35,123 nt of DNA from a virus (taxonomy: Duplodnaviria; Heunggongvirae; Uroviricota; Caudoviricetes). Below are positions 17,652 through 25,673 of the stretch, piece after piece. The stretch's first letter is position 1; each line of letters opens with the position of its first letter. Both the position numbers and the translations under genes were made by a program. The notes beneath the pieces are model-generated. The model had not been told where the DNA came from and did not search any database. It worked only from the letters and a program-made list of their open reading frames with translations. The stretch lies in the IMG/VR virus record IMGVR_UViG_3300048591_000212. The stretch is one strand, 5' to 3'.

Positions 17652-18245
17652 TCAGTCGCCAATGAGACCCAAAAAGGATGGTCTTTTTTCGAGATTATTG
17701 AAATAATTCTCTACTCTTGTGTCAGTGACAGGGAGAAATTTTGCCCATCTTGACGGCAGCAGGTTCGCGAACGGAACTCTGTCGTATATGGTCACTCCAT
17801 AATAATCGTCATCAACTGGAGATTTGGTGGCTGCATATCTTCCTTTGTCGATTTGTTGGCTCTGGTTAAATCCCTTATACACTTCAAATAATTCTTCATC
17901 GAAGTTCAGAATATAGGCCCATTCACAAAACAGAGAATCAAGAAGAAAGTCTTTTGAGTTAATATACTCAGTGGAATGACCCGTGAGAAAATTAAAAATG
18001 TTTCCTTCGGTTATCATCGTCTTCCTATAAGTTTCATCATTAAAGAAAATTATGGGGCGCATATTACCAATATTTTGTCTGCATCTATTAAGGAAGATTG
18101 GATATCTTTTCTTCATGCTCCGATATGCGCTACGAAAATCCATAATGAGATTCTTTTCTAGCCCAGATGGATATGAATCATACTGATTATAGATAATCTT
18201 GTCTTCTCCATTAAGACGAAAACCATAGGCTCCTCGTGTACTCAT
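17652..18245 (-). CDS. Conserved-type phage protein (MxTR...Y.(H/Q).D(G/S)Y family)
   Basis: MSTRG...IYNQYDSYPSG...EWAYI; resembles 28826..29227. Confidence 0.7.
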   Translation of the reverse strand: MSTRGAYGFRLNGEDKIIYNQYDSYPSGLEKNLIMDFRSAYRSMKKRYPIFLNRCRQNIGNMRPIIFFNDETYRKTMITEGNIFNFLTGHSTEYINSKDFLLDSLFCEWAYILNFDEELFEVYKGFNQSQQIDKGRYAATKSPVDDDYYGVTIYDRVPFANLLPSRWAKFLPVTDTRVENYFNNLEKRPSFLGLIGD

Positions 18246-18247
18246 GA

Positions 18248-18601
18248 CTAAAAAATCTCCTCTTCAATAAACTGCGGCTGCATCCAGTATTCCACTTTTT
18301 CTCGAACCTCAAGTTCAATCTGCTCCTGAGTCTTCGCACCAGCCAACTGCGAGGCCCGCATCTTGATCCAATTTTTCAGGACTGGAGAGTTCGCCAGCCG
18401 ACGAAAAGCGATCTTTTCATTCTGAGCCTGAGACCTTTCATCGCAGGACTGTCCGGTTGCTCCCGACTCAATATGAGTAAATCGGACGCCAGTTTCTCTT
18501 CTATTGACGTTTTGCCCACCATTACCACCACACCGAAAGGTGTCTCGCTTCAGGTCTTTTTTGGTTATTGAAAAGAGTAGTTGCTTCGGCTTCATTCCCA
18601 A
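18248..18601 (-). CDS. Class I release-factor GGQ-domain protein (ArfB/PrfH-like peptidyl-tRNA hydrolase)
   Basis: CGGNGGQNVNRRETGVRFTH..SG..ERSQAQN. Confidence 0.85.
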   Translation of the reverse strand: MGMKPKQLLFSITKKDLKRDTFRCGGNGGQNVNRRETGVRFTHIESGATGQSCDERSQAQNEKIAFRRLANSPVLKNWIKMRASQLAGAKTQEQIELEVREKVEYWMQPQFIEEEIF

Positions 18602-19086
18602 TCTGGCTCCCTTTCAAATCGCAATCGAATTTGCGTCAGAATTTTTCCTAAAAGATTCTGACCTCTCCACATGTGAGGATAGAACCTTCGTTCATCGGTA
18701 TCACTGAGGCCAATTCCCCAGATCACATCAAGAGGAGACGCCTCGACAATAAGCGTTCCTTTGGTGTCTAGAAGAACATTTCGTGGATGACGACACTGTT
18801 TGAATTTGTAAATATTGATTGTCTTTACGATAATCTCTCTGAATCGAGTCCATCTTTCTTCATCAAAGTTTCGAACTCGCCTTCCAAGAACTTTTTGTTC
18901 CTTCGGCCCCAGAGCCTTCAGAATCAGATCGGCAGTATCGGCATCCTTAAACAATAGTGCCTTATGGTACATCGTGGCCTGTTCAGCACAATTGAACTCA
19001 ATTCCATTTATTTTGAATTTACAGGGATACCACTGAGACAGAGGGCCGCCCCGAAAGAAGGAAAATTTAGTGAATTGATCAATCAT
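18592..19086 (-). CDS. NADAR family protein (YbiA / T4 30.3-like)
   Basis: LSQWYP, AEQ..M..KA, EASPLDVIWGIG, GQNLLGKIL. Confidence 0.92.
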   Translation of the reverse strand: MIDQFTKFSFFRGGPLSQWYPCKFKINGIEFNCAEQATMYHKALLFKDADTADLILKALGPKEQKVLGRRVRNFDEERWTRFREIIVKTINIYKFKQCRHPRNVLLDTKGTLIVEASPLDVIWGIGLSDTDERRFYPHMWRGQNLLGKILTQIRLRFEREPDWE

Positions 19087-19119
19087 TTTTTATTCTCCCA
19101 AAAAGATATACAAATCATT

Positions 19120-19260
19120 CAATTCTTTTTTAATTAATTGAATCTGCTTCTTTTTGTTTTCATGGGAGGCTTCATAGATTTCATATTGAGTCTCACAATA
19201 CCTCAACCATTCATCGTTGCGCTCCCGTTCCTCGGCGTCCCACTGCGCCCAACCAGACAC
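19120..19260 (-). CDS. Small hypothetical protein (46 aa, GTG start)
   Basis: Fills the gap directly after the stop of 19262..19498. Confidence 0.4.
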
Positions 19261-19261
19261 T

Positions 19262-19498
19262 TTACTTCACCATACCTTTCAGTTCGGCCTTCACTCGACG
19301 AGCAACCTCGCCGCGCCAAGATCCAGCATTACACAAAAAGTACGAAACAACGGACCTTGCCGAGTCCATGAAGTAGTCATCCTCAATCGTCTGAAGAGAA
19401 CCCATTGCATCCAGATACGGAGCAGCGGCATAGTTCACATTCTTCCAGTCGCGGCGGATTTCCCGCGCAATCTCATAAAGGGGACGAACATCACTCAT
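19262..19498 (-). CDS. Hypothetical protein
   Basis: AAGGA SD followed by MSDVRPLYEIAREIRRDW. Confidence 0.75.
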   Translation of the reverse strand: MSDVRPLYEIAREIRRDWKNVNYAAAPYLDAMGSLQTIEDDYFMDSARSVVSYFLCNAGSWRGEVARRVKAELKGMVK

Positions 19499-19514
19499 AA
19501 TATAATCCTTTCTT

Positions 19515-19919
19515 TTACTGAATCGGACCTTCAAAGGACTTCAAAAACAACTCGGTGTTTTGAGATGTTTTTTGGAAATTCTTCTCAACGAAATCATAGA
19601 CGAACTGATCGACTCGATCCCGCATCAAATTCACATCAATATTATCGCCCATTGATCGAAGCTCGTTATTAATTCTAATTTGAAGTTCGATAACCTCGTC
19701 TGCTGTTGGGGCCGGAATAGAATTCTCTACACCATCACAGAAGTCCTGAGCATTCATTTCCATACAGGTTGAAACGAGTCGAATGGTCATGGAATTAGTG
19801 AATGCGTCCATGTCAACAACAAACTCGTCTCGAAAGGTGGCAGTCAGCTCCATGAGAGTCAACTGCCTAATCAAAAAGTTATAGAGCTTCTTTCTCAAAA
19901 ATGCTTTTGTAATAATCAT
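19515..19919 (-). CDS. Hypothetical protein
   Basis: Start moved downstream of tRNA-Tyr (MIITKAF). Confidence 0.65.
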   Translation of the reverse strand: MIITKAFLRKKLYNFLIRQLTLMELTATFRDEFVVDMDAFTNSMTIRLVSTCMEMNAQDFCDGVENSIPAPTADEVIELQIRINNELRSMGDNIDVNLMRDRVDQFVYDFVEKNFQKTSQNTELFLKSFEGPIQ

Positions 19920-19935
19920 AATATTTCTTTCATGG

Positions 19936-20024
19936 TGGTGGGTGGTCAAAGAATCGAACTTTGCGGGGTCACAAGGACCGCCAGATTTACAGTCTGGACC
20001 GTCTCCATATCGGTCTAATCACCC
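19936..20024 (-). tRNA. tRNA-Tyr(GTA), with encoded CCA followed by a second CCA
   Basis: CCAGA-CTGTAAA-TCTGG anticodon arm, long variable arm, TTCGATT T-loop. Confidence 0.9.
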
Positions 20025-20033
20025 ATGAGAGAG

Positions 20034-20105
20034 TGATCGAGCAGAGACTTGAACTCTGTTTTCCGGCTTTTCGGGCCGACGCATATCCGTACATGCTCCT
20101 CGATC
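20034..20105 (-). tRNA. tRNA-Phe(GAA), atypical C33, no CCA
   Basis: GATCGAG/CTCGATC acceptor, TCGGC-CCGAAAA-GCCGG anticodon arm, TTCAAGT T-loop. Confidence 0.8.
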
Positions 20106-20214
20106 ATGGTGGTGATCGTGGGGGCGATATGCCAGCGCATCAGTGTTGGAACCGATGCGCTTGTTAAACTCCTGAGTATGTGCGGTTAGCATGTTCTTTT
20201 TCCTATCTATATTT

Positions 20215-20243
20215 AGTATAGCACGAAACGGCTGCGTTGTCAA
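20215..20243 (-). promoter_or_regulatory. sigma70-type early promoter
   Basis: TTGACA-17-TATACT with an extended TG. Confidence 0.85.
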
Positions 20244-20283
20244 GCGTATTTTTTCTTCAATTTTTCAAAAAGTTCTTTCTCTT

Positions 20284-20652
20284 CTAGTTCGGCGGCTTCC
20301 TGACGTGCAATTTTTCCTCTTCTTGTTGTCTCAACTTTTCCTGATATTTTTGTTTTTCTGTTTCTTCCCAAGAGTTATCAAAAAGAAAGCTCAATGGAAC
20401 CCAAACATATCTCACTCTTTCATTTTCGTAAGTATCGATAATGTATGCCTCAAATCCGACTTCCGATTCATACGGTTCAATGAATTCAATATTGCCGACG
20501 TGGTGGTATCTTTTACCAATATTCCACATTCTGTAGTCGTGCAATTTCCAGACGATCTCTTCAACCATTATTTCTAGATTTGCCATTTCTTCCCTGAAAT
20601 GACTATAGCCTTCAATAATGGCCTGAATTTCTTCTTTGGATGGGGTTTTCAT
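20284..20652 (-). CDS. Hypothetical protein
   Basis: AAGGA SD; 122-aa ORF. Confidence 0.7.
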   Translation of the reverse strand: MKTPSKEEIQAIIEGYSHFREEMANLEIMVEEIVWKLHDYRMWNIGKRYHHVGNIEFIEPYESEVGFEAYIIDTYENERVRYVWVPLSFLFDNSWEETEKQKYQEKLRQQEEEKLHVRKPPN

Positions 20653-20668
20653 TATTTTTTCCTTTTAG

Positions 20669-20762
20669 CGGAAGAGGAAAGATTCGAACTTTCGTGGAAT
20701 CCTGCTCGGACCCCAAGACGATTAGCAGTCGTCCACCTTAAACCAGACTCGGCCACTCTTCC
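20669..20762 (-). tRNA. tRNA-Ser(GCT), no CCA
   Basis: GGAAGAG/CTCTTCC acceptor, GACGA-CTGCTAA-TCGTC anticodon arm, long variable arm. Confidence 0.92.
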
Positions 20763-20953
20763 TAGAGTTTTACTCGTTCACCATTACAGAGAATGTTGAG
20801 AAAGGGGGTGCCGTCCCAATCCAGTATTTCTTTATCCAATTCGTGTTCTCTGTATAATTTTCCACAAATCTGACAAACGCACTCACCATTGCTTCGATAA
20901 AAAAACCAAGTGGTGAAGGCTTCGGATCGATTGTCATCTTTTTCTTTATTCAT
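20762..20953 (-). CDS. Small CxxC zinc-binding hypothetical protein
   Basis: MNKEK...CVCQICGK..H; overlaps the ligase stop. Confidence 0.65.
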   Translation of the reverse strand: MNKEKDDNRSEAFTTWFFYRSNGECVCQICGKLYREHELDKEILDWDGTPFLNILCNGERVKL

Positions 20954-22055
20954 AATCCCTAAACGCAATTCCTCTGCCGAACTTTGGAATATCGGCATCA
21001 GTCTTTTGATTAAATCGAACAGTAAGCATTTTTCCGACATACTGATCTGCGATCTTGTACATTCTGCGCTTCTCAGCAATACTACACTTAGGATTAACCT
21101 TAAATGTTTCACCAGTTGCGGAGTCGAGACAGATCCAAATAACACAATCCGAGTACGAATCTTCTCCACTCATAAATCCAACAATCTTGTATTCTGCGTC
21201 CTCGAAATCCTTATATTTGAGAAGAGAATTGGTGCGCTTCCCAAACTCATAAGCACCATTCGGATTTCGATAAATGGTCCCCTCGTAGTCGTCTTCAGTA
21301 AATTGCCTATGATAAAACAGCATGTCCTCGAATGTCTTTACTTCAATCGTTCTTACCCGAATAATTGACGGAAAAGAATTAAGCTCCAAGAATCTTTCAC
21401 TTGAGAGCAATTCATTCCTTTCAAGAAAGGTCATGTCTGGCTCGTTCATGTCGATACAATCAAAGACATGAAATTCCAGAGAATTGGATTTTTCCTGATT
21501 CTTCTTCACCCAAGAAACAAGCGTCTGAAGAGATGTACCATGAATATACATTTCGCCATCCAGACAGATATTTGAATTTGCGGAAAGAAATTGACGCAAT
21601 TGTTTCTTAATATGCGGAACATTAAAATTCTTTCCTTCCCGACTCATGAGAACAACTTCTTCCTCTTCAACGTCCCAATATGCCAGACACCGAACGCCAT
21701 CCAGCTTTTTTTGGATAAATGCCGGAAATGAAATATTCTTGGCCTTGACATTCTTGTAGTCCTTCGCCAGCATTGGAAGAAATACTCCCTCTTGGGCGTC
21801 CTCTGGAGTCAGTGAATACTTTCGGTCCAGCTTTTTCTTCCAGAGACTCTGGGCATCGAGAAGTGCCTGTTCTTCTGGAGAAGTCTCATTTGACCTCCCG
21901 ATATTCTTGGCCTTACCCCACTTCTGAGTAAGAACCTTTCGGCCCTCTAGGGTTCCGGTTCGAATATCGATTCGTTTACCGGACACACTGATATCAAATG
22001 TGTGGAGCTTTCCGGTTCGGCTCTTGGTATACAAAGTTGGAAAAGTTCTATTCAT
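20946..22055 (-). CDS. lig: ATP-dependent DNA ligase
   Basis: PMLAK, KLDGVRC, LDGEMY, FHVFD, EGTIYR, LLKYK, C-terminal OB fold. Confidence 0.92.
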   Translation of the reverse strand: MNRTFPTLYTKSRTGKLHTFDISVSGKRIDIRTGTLEGRKVLTQKWGKAKNIGRSNETSPEEQALLDAQSLWKKKLDRKYSLTPEDAQEGVFLPMLAKDYKNVKAKNISFPAFIQKKLDGVRCLAYWDVEEEEVVLMSREGKNFNVPHIKKQLRQFLSANSNICLDGEMYIHGTSLQTLVSWVKKNQEKSNSLEFHVFDCIDMNEPDMTFLERNELLSSERFLELNSFPSIIRVRTIEVKTFEDMLFYHRQFTEDDYEGTIYRNPNGAYEFGKRTNSLLKYKDFEDAEYKIVGFMSGEDSYSDCVIWICLDSATGETFKVNPKCSIAEKRRMYKIADQYVGKMLTVRFNQKTDADIPKFGRGIAFRDYE

Positions 22056-22074
22056 AATAATTATCCTAAAGCGG

Positions 22075-22195
22075 CTCCCTCGCAAGGTTTCGAACCTTGA
22101 ACCTTCTGGTTATTCTTGAGAACATGAGTTTCGAACTCAAACAAGACCAAATCGTTCTCCACAGCCAGACGCTCTGCCAATTGAGCTACAAGGGA
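22075..22195 (-). tRNA. tRNA-Asn(GTT) interrupted by a 48-nt insert in the anticodon (22113-22160)
   Basis: TCCCTTG/CGAGGGA acceptor with G73, canonical D and T arms, TCTGG-CTGT[insert]TAA-CCAGA. Confidence 0.85.
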
Positions 22196-22205
22196 AGAAT
22201 CCGTA

Positions 22206-22616
22206 CTACCAATCAATTAAAATCAAATATTCGCCAGCTTCAAGAATTCCTCGTTCATAGAGATCCTGAGCCACGGTTTCGGGTCTTGGGAAAAAGACTC
22301 GATGCCACCATAATTCCGTAACAAAGTCAATATCTTTCCAATGAAGGTCACCCTTATTTTTAATTGGTGTACTTGGATCTCGCGCCAGCCATACTGGAAA
22401 TTTTACTCCACAAGTATCATTTGCATTGAGGTTTTCGTCAGCCCAATCCAATGCCTCACTCTCAACAAACTCGACTTCTTCTGGATTCGGCACGACCAAC
22501 TTCAGATGCCCCCGATCCAAACACCCAAATTGCTGCTGAACACAATACGGCTTTTTGTATGTCTGTTCGACCAAATCGTCCCACTCGTACATATCAAACA
22601 CATTCATTTTCTTCAT
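22206..22616 (-). CDS. Hypothetical protein
   Basis: 136-aa ORF ending GEYLILIDW. Confidence 0.75.
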   Translation of the reverse strand: MKKMNVFDMYEWDDLVEQTYKKPYCVQQQFGCLDRGHLKLVVPNPEEVEFVESEALDWADENLNANDTCGVKFPVWLARDPSTPIKNKGDLHWKDIDFVTELWWHRVFFPRPETVAQDLYERGILEAGEYLILIDW

Positions 22617-22628
22617 ATGATTTGCCTA

Positions 22629-22709
22629 AGAGAATGTTCTGTGGAATCGAACACCACTTCAAGTAAGTGCATTACCCGACAAGCCCCCCCAAACGGCTTG
22701 AACATTCTC
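22629..22709 (-). ncRNA. Non-canonical tRNA-like cloverleaf (Cys-like, GCA loop)
   Basis: 10-bp terminal stem GAGAATGTTC/GAACATTCTC, three arms, GTTCGATTC T-loop. Confidence 0.7.
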
Positions 22710-22716
22710 GAAATTT

Positions 22717-22848
22717 TATATATCACCCAACACCAACCCTGAAATTGGTGTTTAGAAGTTGAAACATTTCAAAGGTCCATGACTTCCTTTTACTCTATTA
22801 TCTAAGTCCTTACTCCTAGAAGGCTACACAGGCTTAGAGTGATATATA
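22717..22848 (-). ncRNA. Candidate structured ncRNA
   Basis: 12-bp closing helix TATATATCACTC/GGGTGATATATA with internal hairpins. Confidence 0.55.
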
Positions 22849-22849
22849 G

Positions 22850-22923
22850 TAACCTTGGCGGGATTCGAACCCGCGATCTCCAGATTGAAAGTCTGGCGGC
22901 TTGAGCCTCTTGCCTACAAGGTC
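22850..22923 (-). tRNA. tRNA-Glu(TTC), no CCA
   Basis: GACCTTG/CAAGGTT acceptor, CCAGA-CTTTCAA-TCTGG anticodon arm, GCGGG-TTCGAAT-CCCGC T arm. Confidence 0.92.
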
Positions 22924-22938
22924 ATCTGTTACTATTTT

Positions 22939-22967
22939 AGTATAGCACGAGATCAGTTGATTGTCAA
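22939..22967 (-). promoter_or_regulatory. sigma70-type early promoter
   Basis: TTGACA-17-TATACT. Confidence 0.85.
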
Positions 22968-22974
22968 GTTTTAT

Positions 22975-23874
22975 TTATATGTGGCAATCAACCAAAGTCA
23001 GGCGGGTATCGTCCGATAGGTTGTCCACGATATCATGAAACAATTGGTTGTATGCATCAATATCACCGTCCGCACTCATTCCCCACCATCCCATCTCGCC
23101 CTTCGCATACCAGTTGCCTTCGTACAGAAGAGCATAGGTACGATATGCGGTCTTGACTGCCTCCGCAACATACCTTTCCCTACCAACAGAAAACTGATCG
23201 ATACCGAAAAAGTATTCATGATTATGCTCAGATTCATGAACCTTTTTCACGATTGGTTGATTATCGTACTCGGCTTCGGCGACAGGACGATCCCCTCGAT
23301 ATACACCATTCGGACAGAAGATTTCCTTCCATGTTCGAAACAGCGGACCCTCTGTTGAAAATGGGCCAGCAATACTTTCAAACTTATCAAATTCCTCGGT
23401 GGCTCTTTCGTGAGCTTCCTTTCTCATGGCATCAAAATCGATATCGCCTTTTAGGGCAGAGTCGGCTCGAAGTCCTTGGCCCTTTTCGGAAGGATATACC
23501 AGAGAATCTTTTCCCATGACACAAGATTTGGAATCTTCCTTTAGGCGAAAGAATCCACTCCAGCGCCCTCCAATCTGGTACCAATCCCACTGTGCATTTG
23601 GATTTGTCCGACGAATTGCCCGAAAGCCGACCGCAGAATCATTAAATTCAATATAAGAATATTTTGAATTTTCTCCATAGTGATATTCGAATACTGTCTG
23701 TGGATCGCAGGGGTTTCCTTCGGCCTTGGCCTCCTCAATGTATTTTAGAATTTCTTCTGTGACATCAATGTCCTGAACATACTCGTCATCGACGCCAGTA
23801 CATTCAAATTCATGAAAGGGACGAAGCTGCTCTTCGACATTATCACCAACAACCATTACAGTAAAATGTGACAT
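22975..23874 (-). CDS. Conserved-type phage hypothetical protein
   Basis: AGGAG SD; MSHFTVMVVG...NPNAQWDWYQIGGRW...LVDCHI. Confidence 0.8.
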   Translation of the reverse strand: MSHFTVMVVGDNVEEQLRPFHEFECTGVDDEYVQDIDVTEEILKYIEEAKAEGNPCDPQTVFEYHYGENSKYSYIEFNDSAVGFRAIRRTNPNAQWDWYQIGGRWSGFFRLKEDSKSCVMGKDSLVYPSEKGQGLRADSALKGDIDFDAMRKEAHERATEEFDKFESIAGPFSTEGPLFRTWKEIFCPNGVYRGDRPVAEAEYDNQPIVKKVHESEHNHEYFFGIDQFSVGRERYVAEAVKTAYRTYALLYEGNWYAKGEMGWWGMSADGDIDAYNQLFHDIVDNLSDDTRLTLVDCHI

Positions 23875-23881
23875 AATTCTC

Positions 23882-24163
23882 CTAATATTCGTCGTATTTT
23901 TCAATCGGAACAAACGCCAGAGGAATAAAAACCAATTGTGATCCTTCTGGGTATCCCATAGAATTTGCTTTATTTATATATTCCGCAACTCTTTTATCCG
24001 AATTGCACTGAGGAGAACTGAAATTGGTTTTTCTGTGCGGAGGACCACCAATATAGAAAAGAGTCCGAGTCGGATCTCCGTCTACACAGCACCACCAATG
24101 ATTCTTTAGAACGCGCACAACTCCACTTGGCTCTCCAATTACATTTCTTTCAATATATTTCAT
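23882..24163 (-). CDS. Hypothetical protein
   Basis: 93-aa ORF in the operon. Confidence 0.65.
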   Translation of the reverse strand: MKYIERNVIGEPSGVVRVLKNHWWCCVDGDPTRTLFYIGGPPHRKTNFSSPQCNSDKRVAEYINKANSMGYPEGSQLVFIPLAFVPIEKYDEY

Positions 24164-24183
24164 AATTTTATTAGTGGAGGATT

Positions 24184-25500
24184 TTACTCCTCCACTACCT
24201 CTTCGCTTTCCATGTCGGCAACGCCCTTGTCCAAATCCTCGGATTCCTTTTTCAAGAACTCAAAGGACTTCAGCTTGTAGGCTTCGGCCTGCTCCAAGCG
24301 ATCCTTTCGGATCACAATTCCCTCGGCGGGCAACTTTTCATTAAACCAGCACTTCTTGCCATCCACATAGGTTTCCTCCAAGAAGGTCACAAATGCTTCC
24401 TGCCAGTCGCGCACGTCCGAAAAGGTGTTCGGAAGCAATTCCGACGCCTTACCATAGAAAACAGTAGGCACAGTTTCAAAACCCCAAGACTGACAAAATT
24501 CGATCATCTGAGGCCAAGACAATTCAACCACCTTACCGTCAACATTGGTAAAGGTCACGCGATACACAACAAACTTGTGCTGGTTCGGAACACAGCCGTA
24601 GTAGTAGCCGCCCTGAATGTTTCCACCATCGGGAGTGAACCCGACAATTTCACCGTACAGAGTGAACCCCTTCGGCAAGCGGTCAGCCACTTCATCCTTT
24701 ACCACAGAGTAAATATCTGAGGAGTAGTAAGAACCAGCCGAATTATTGGTCCATTCAGAGACGCCTTTAACAACCTTTCGAGAAGACCAGACAATTCCGT
24801 ATTCCTTTTCAACAACCGGAATACCAACAAAACGGGCAACCTTTTCAAACCACTTCAACTCTCGATTCACCAACAAGTTAGCAATCACAACCGAAGTTCC
24901 GTGCCACTTATCGGAAATAGAAATAACGTCATTCGGCTCAATCCGGTGAGAATTTCGGCGCAAGTTCGCGGTGTCATAATGAAACCGAAACTGCTCCACA
25001 GCAATTCGATCAGCCAACTTCTTCGTGGCCTTTTTGGTGTTCGGCTGACCGGGAGTACGAGCATTTCGCGGAACATACTTCCGGCAAATCTCGACTTCAC
25101 CCACTTCGTCAAATTCAGAACCAACAGGAAACTCAGCCAACGAAACATTCAAAAATTCCAATGACGCCAAAGGAATCCAGAAACCTTCAGACTTGTGGCC
25201 CCGGAACTTCATAGTCTTTACGCGACCATGCTGCTCAAAGAAACCAGTCTTTTCTGGATTGACGTTACCAAATTCCGGCTTACGGTACAGATTGTTGTTG
25301 GACAAGAACGCAGCCGACAATGCAGTTTCGGCAGGAAAGAACACACCAACCGTTCCCGGCTCGGTGTCCTTTGACACTACAACACGATAGCCAAAGATGA
25401 CAGCGTGCTTCACATTATCACAGTTCGGCAAGTCAACGAAAGTTTCAACCTTCGTGACGATTGCACAATAATTTTTATTTTTTGGTTCCTTGAAGGTCAT
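24184..25500 (-). CDS. ATP-dependent RNA ligase (Rnl2-like, DRB0094 type with N-terminal OB-like domain)
   Basis: Motif I DKWHGTS, III YGEIVG, IIIa FVVYRV, IV EGIVIR, V YKLKS; N-terminal K.RG.KSEG. Confidence 0.85.
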   Translation of the reverse strand: MTFKEPKNKNYCAIVTKVETFVDLPNCDNVKHAVIFGYRVVVSKDTEPGTVGVFFPAETALSAAFLSNNNLYRKPEFGNVNPEKTGFFEQHGRVKTMKFRGHKSEGFWIPLASLEFLNVSLAEFPVGSEFDEVGEVEICRKYVPRNARTPGQPNTKKATKKLADRIAVEQFRFHYDTANLRRNSHRIEPNDVISISDKWHGTSVVIANLLVNRELKWFEKVARFVGIPVVEKEYGIVWSSRKVVKGVSEWTNNSAGSYYSSDIYSVVKDEVADRLPKGFTLYGEIVGFTPDGGNIQGGYYYGCVPNQHKFVVYRVTFTNVDGKVVELSWPQMIEFCQSWGFETVPTVFYGKASELLPNTFSDVRDWQEAFVTFLEETYVDGKKCWFNEKLPAEGIVIRKDRLEQAEAYKLKSFEFLKKESEDLDKGVADMESEEVVEE

Positions 25501-25520
25501 TTCGTTTCCTTTTGAAAATT

Positions 25521-25636
25521 CTGGGGCTTTAGGACAGCCCCTTGCCGGAAAGATGGCTCTTCGCTAACGGGTTCTTTCCACACGCGGCATTATTCCTCGT
25601 ATGCTCAGGACTCTTTTAAGGGGTTCGTCCTATCCC
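25521..25636 (-). ncRNA. Structured 5' leader of the RNA ligase gene
   Basis: TAGGAC/GTCCTA, CCCCTT/AAGGGG and GGAAAGA/TCTTTCC helices, plus an alternative GGGGCT/AGCCCC hairpin. Confidence 0.55.
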
Positions 25637-25644
25637 ACTCTTTT

Positions 25645-25673
25645 AGTATAGCAGCTTGGAAGAGGTTTGTCAA
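25645..25673 (-). promoter_or_regulatory. sigma70-type early promoter
   Basis: TTGACA-17-TATACT. Confidence 0.85.

Noticed and set aside
22113-22160. Group I intron in tRNA-Asn
   Set aside because: 48 nt cannot hold the catalytic core, and the insert does not end in G in the Asn register.
25585-25630. HDV-like/theta ribozyme (TCCTCGT loop; also at ~31332)
   Set aside because: The P1/P2 nested pseudoknot could not be built in either place.
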